A DNA stretch of 50,771 nt from Bryobacterales bacterium (GTDB lineage: Bacteria > Acidobacteriota > Terriglobia > Bryobacterales > Bryobacteraceae), in the NCBI GenBank assembly GCA_025462945.1, contig JAOAPO010000494.1, positions 1 to 50,771 of the forward strand, read 5' to 3'. The notes under the pieces are model-generated. The model was given only the letters and a program-made list of their open reading frames with translations. It was not told where the DNA came from and ran no database searches. Below, one piece after another: positions 47,616 through 50,771 of the stretch; the first letter of the stretch is position 1; the number at the start of each line of letters is the position of its first letter. Made by a program: the position numbers and the translations under genes.

Positions 47616-49381
47616 TAGATGTCATTCCACTGCGGAGCGGCGGCAAACGCGGCGTGAATCAGCCCCACGTGCGAGTATGTCTGCGGGAAATTCCCCCACA
47701 TCCTTGAACGACCCACATCGTAATCCTCTGAGAGCAGGCCCAGCGGTGATATCGCGCCGTGGATCCGGGCAAACCACTCCTGCGCCTCTTCCCGGCGGCC
47801 CACCGCTGCCAGTGCGTCGATCAGCCAAAAAGTACAGATAACAAACGCGACGGTCGGGGTTCCAAACCCGTCATTGAGGCTGTAGCGCAGCAGCCAGCCA
47901 TCCCGTCCCAGATCCTTCGCGATCGCGTCGATGGTACTCCCCAAACGCGGGTCCGACTTCGGAAGGAAGCGCAGCCTTGCCATCTGCAGCAGCGACGCAT
48001 CCAGGTCCTCGCCTCCGTAATGGCCCACGAAACTGCCTTTTGCCGGGTTCCAGGCATGCTCAATCATGTCCGCATGAATCCGGTCCGCCGCCGACCGGAA
48101 CTCCGCCGCTTTGGCGGGCAGGTGCAGTTCGGCGATGCGCGCCATCCTGTCCGCGCCCGCCCAGCACATCAGGCTCGAAAAGGTCTGCGGCTTCCACTCG
48201 GTCCGGTACTCCCAGATCCCTGCATCCGGTACGCCGGCCAGCGCCACGGCTCGTCGCGTCAGGTCTTCCATCAGCTTTAAAGCCGCCGGCGAACGCTCCG
48301 CACTCATGCGCTCATCCAGAAAAATCGGCGTCAGCGCCAGCACCAGTTCTCCGTAAATATCGTGCTGAAGATGCGTTGCGGCCCCGTTGCCAATACGCAC
48401 AGGACCCTCGCCCTCATACCCCGGCCACTCGTCCAGAATAGACTCTTCAAGATTCTTCGACCCGTCGATCCGGTACAGCGGCGCCAGATCCATCCCGGTC
48501 GAACCGCCTGCCACGTTCAGCAGATATTGCACAAACTGCTCACGCTCCTCGAACTGCCCCAACAACGCCAACGCATTCAGCACATAAGAGGAATCCCGAA
48601 GCCAGCAGTACCGGTAATCCCACGTCCGCCCGCTCCCAGGCGATTCCGGGATGGAGGTCGTCATCGCCGCAATGATCGCGCCCGTATCTTCAAAACAGTG
48701 CAGCTTCAGCGTCAGCGCCGACCGAATCACTTCCTGCTGGAACATGGGAGGGATGTCGCACTGCTTTACCCACCGCTTCCAGTAGCGCGACGTCTCCATC
48801 AGGAAGCGCTCGCACAACTGCGCCAAAGGCTCCTCCACCGGCGCGCCCCAGCTCAGGATGAAGTTCTGGCGCCCCGTGAGCGTGAACGGCTGCCCCTCCA
48901 GATACGACAGCGGAATGTCCGTAGTTAGCCGCAACTGCGTGGAAAACCCGTCGAACCGCACGTGGTGAGAGCCGTGCGTCACCTGTGGCGAAACCTTCGA
49001 CCAGCCCAGTTTCGGTTCACAGGTGACCGCAATTCTGGGAGCCCCCTCAATCGGCTCCACAATCCGAATCAACTGCGTCGGCCGAAAAGCGCGATCGAAT
49101 TGCATGAAACGAGGCGCAAAATCGATCACACGGAATGTTCCCGTGGACGTGTGGAAAATCGTCTCCAGGATGTTCGTGTTCGGTTGATACCGCTGCCGTC
49201 CACTCTCACCGCCAGCCGGACGGATGCAGAAACGGCCACCATCCTGCTCGTCTAACAGCGTGGAAAACAACGGTTCCGAGTCAAATCGCGGCAGGCAACA
49301 CCAGACAATCTCGCCACTGTTGTGCACCAGGGCCGAAAACTGGCAATTTCCAATCAGTCCAATATCTTCGAGGCGCATCAT
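47612..49381 (-). CDS. Glycoside hydrolase family 15 (glucoamylase/trehalase-like)
   Basis: 589 aa. IGLIGNCQFSALV N-terminal domain. (alpha/alpha)6 domain with YRYCWLRDSS and WEYR.. motifs. Good SD (GGAAGGAG) 4 nt upstream of ATG 49381. Confidence 0.85.
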   Translation of the reverse strand: MMRLEDIGLIGNCQFSALVHNSGEIVWCCLPRFDSEPLFSTLLDEQDGGRFCIRPAGGESGRQRYQPNTNILETIFHTSTGTFRVIDFAPRFMQFDRAFRPTQLIRIVEPIEGAPRIAVTCEPKLGWSKVSPQVTHGSHHVRFDGFSTQLRLTTDIPLSYLEGQPFTLTGRQNFILSWGAPVEEPLAQLCERFLMETSRYWKRWVKQCDIPPMFQQEVIRSALTLKLHCFEDTGAIIAAMTTSIPESPGSGRTWDYRYCWLRDSSYVLNALALLGQFEEREQFVQYLLNVAGGSTGMDLAPLYRIDGSKNLEESILDEWPGYEGEGPVRIGNGAATHLQHDIYGELVLALTPIFLDERMSAERSPAALKLMEDLTRRAVALAGVPDAGIWEYRTEWKPQTFSSLMCWAGADRMARIAELHLPAKAAEFRSAADRIHADMIEHAWNPAKGSFVGHYGGEDLDASLLQMARLRFLPKSDPRLGSTIDAIAKDLGRDGWLLRYSLNDGFGTPTVAFVICTFWLIDALAAVGRREEAQEWFARIHGAISPLGLLSEDYDVGRSRMWGNFPQTYSHVGLIHAAFAAAPQWNDIY

Positions 49382-49427
49382 GCAGCTCCTTCCAACGGAT
49401 TAAGAGTCATTAATTTATAATATCTTT

Positions 49428-50771
49428 ATGCCAAGAATGGCTCAGTTTGTTTTAGCCCTGCTCGTGGGCCTCGCCCTGCTAACGTGGGCGGCCTCCGGCG
49501 TGGTGCAGACCACGGCCCGGGAGTGGTTCGAGCGCGACGTGAGTTCCCGTGCGCAGCTGGCGATGGTTGGGCTCCGGCAATCTCTTGCCAATGGTTGGTA
49601 TGGCGACAACGAAGATCTGACCAAGCAACTCACGGACCTTACTCGCGACGACCGCGTCATGGGCGCAGCCGCCTGTGACAGCGACCTGACTCCTCGCGCG
49701 AGCACCCCCGGATTTCCCGAAGAATTCGGCTGCTGGGCGGTTGGGAGCCGGCTTCGGACCGGAGCCGACGGCCAGTTCCATGAATGGAGTAATGTCGCCA
49801 CCCTCCCCACCGGAAGGGTTCATGTCAGCGTGATGCCGGTCACAAGCTACGGAGGGCAGCTTGGTTTCGCCATTCTGCTCCACGACATGAGCTACATCGA
49901 GCGACGTGAAGCAACTGCTCGAAGGTACCTTCTGATCGGTTTCGGGGTGCTTGCGATCCTGGCTTTCGGCGTGCCTATGTTCGTCGCGAAACAGGCTCGC
50001 TACAGCCTGCGCTCGGAACTGCGCCGAGTCCTGCAGGGGACTGGCAAGCAGAAAGATGAATTCCAGCCAATCCTGAGCGACGTGCGCGACCTGGTGGGGC
50101 GCATGGCGAACGAACGCGAGGATTCGCCAGGCGTCTGGACCGCCGAACGGCTCCGCCAGGCACTCAATCGCCACCTTCATGGCGAGCGCATTATCATCCT
50201 CGCCAATCGCGAACCCTACGTCCACCAGTTCGGACCGGATGGCCAGATCGAGGTTCAGCACCCTGCCAGCGGCCTCGTCACGGCGCTGGAACCGGTGATG
50301 CGGGCCTGCTCCGGTATCTGGGTCGCCCACGGCAGCGGCAGCGCTGACCGTGTCACGGTGGACCGCAATGACCGAGTCCGCGTCCCTCCCGGCGAAGAGT
50401 CATATCAGATCCGGCGTGTGTGGCTTTCTGAAGAAGAGCAGAACGGCTACTACTTCGGCTTCTCGAACGAGGGTCTCTGGCCGCTCTGCCACGTGGCCCA
50501 CGCACGTCCGATTTTCCGCACCGAAGACTGGCGCCAGTACAAGGCCGTAAACCAGCGGTTTGCCGACCAGGTCTGCGCGGAAGCGGACTCCAAAGACCCG
50601 ATCGTTCTCGTTCAGGACTATCATTTCGCCCTCGCGCCGGCCATGATCCGAAAACGCCTGCCCGCCGCCACCGTGATTGCCTTCTGGCACATCCCATGGC
50701 CAAATGCAGAGCGCATGGGCATCTGTCCGTGGCGCGACGAGATCCTCAAGGGTCTTCTGGGCAGCAGCTTT
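49428..50771 (+). CDS. otsA: Alpha,alpha-trehalose-phosphate synthase (GT20, OtsA) with a roughly 250-aa two-TM N-terminal extension; 3' end beyond the right window edge
   Basis: Open to the window edge, so not in the track. I translated it by hand without meeting a stop. The GT20 core starts at ..RIIILANREPY.., followed by SGLVTALEP, YYFGFSNEGLWPLCH, VQDYHFAL, FWHIPWPN. Upstream lie TM1 (FVLALLVGLALLTWAA) and TM2 (YLLIGFGVLAILAFGVPMFVA). Confidence 0.85.
   Translation, partial: MPRMAQFVLALLVGLALLTWAASGVVQTTAREWFERDVSSRAQLAMVGLRQSLANGWYGDNEDLTKQLTDLTRDDRVMGAAACDSDLTPRASTPGFPEEFGCWAVGSRLRTGADGQFHEWSNVATLPTGRVHVSVMPVTSYGGQLGFAILLHDMSYIERREATARRYLLIGFGVLAILAFGVPMFVAKQARYSLRSELRRVLQGTGKQKDEFQPILSDVRDLVGRMANEREDSPGVWTAERLRQALNRHLHGERIIILANREPYVHQFGPDGQIEVQHPASGLVTALEPVMRACSGIWVAHGSGSADRVTVDRNDRVRVPPGEESYQIRRVWLSEEEQNGYYFGFSNEGLWPLCHVAHARPIFRTEDWRQYKAVNQRFADQVCAEADSKDPIVLVQDYHFALAPAMIRKRLPAATVIAFWHIPWPNAERMGICPWRDEILKGLLGSSF

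Noticed and set aside
49479-50330. 283-aa minus-strand ORF
   Set aside because: It is antisense to the open otsA frame, whose GT20 motifs are unambiguous.
1-50771. Search for CRISPR arrays, rRNA/tRNA genes, IS elements, integrases or a prophage/defence island
   Set aside because: I saw no regularly spaced repeats, no tRNA-like cloverleaves in the few intergenic gaps, and no transposase, integrase or phage-like ORFs. Apart from the two small modules and the 160-bp insert, the window looks like core chromosome.

Overview
This is a high-GC, very tightly packed chromosomal segment with about 44 protein-coding genes. Many neighbouring genes overlap by 1, 4 or 8 nt, and some convergent genes abut or overlap. 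The gene content points to an Acidobacteriota-like (Terriglobia) genome: a DUF1592/DUF1552 'planctomycete-type' pair, many Tat- or lipoprotein-signal exported enzymes, and zwf-opcA-pgl. That taxonomic call is an inference.

Gene order, left to right:
- mdtABC-type tripartite RND efflux operon (the last pump runs off the left window edge)
- alpha/beta hydrolase
- DUF1537 kinase, pdxA, lpxD, LOG, YciI string
- yebC, ruvC, then three exported proteins and an FAD oxidase
- a long minus-strand string: DUF1592, DUF1552, HAMP/PP2C phosphatase, nnr, tsaE, zwf, opcA, pgl
- ABM monooxygenase, Fe-ADH, mutL
- a block of exported hydrolases: SMP-30 lactonase, esterase, GHL6-like
- MBOAT plus a partner protein, RNase J, nitroreductase, acylphosphatase, M28 peptidase, class IV aminotransferase, a zinc-ribbon protein, a Mo-oxidoreductase
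- a divergent GH15 / membrane-anchored otsA pair (otsA runs off the right window edge)

I found no rRNA, tRNA, CRISPR array, transposase or integrase.

The most interesting signal sits in the two largest AT-richer intergenic gaps (about 13254-13581 and 37820-38140). They hold two diverged, oppositely oriented copies of one roughly 325-nt module. Each copy contains:
- a Shine-Dalgarno-preceded 26/27-aa hydrophobic-then-cationic mini-ORF
- a conserved multi-helix 5' leader
- on the opposite strand, a conserved extended -10 promoter and an intrinsic terminator that would give a roughly 190-nt antisense RNA covering the whole mini-ORF

This architecture resembles a type I toxin-antitoxin locus. 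It would escape ordinary gene calling.

Other notable points:
- a 160-bp insert flanked by a perfect 17-bp direct repeat, which separates two convergent genes whose ends would otherwise overlap
- an OtsA with a roughly 250-aa two-TM N-terminal extension
- translational coupling of a HAMP-PP2C phosphatase to the DUF1592/DUF1552 pair
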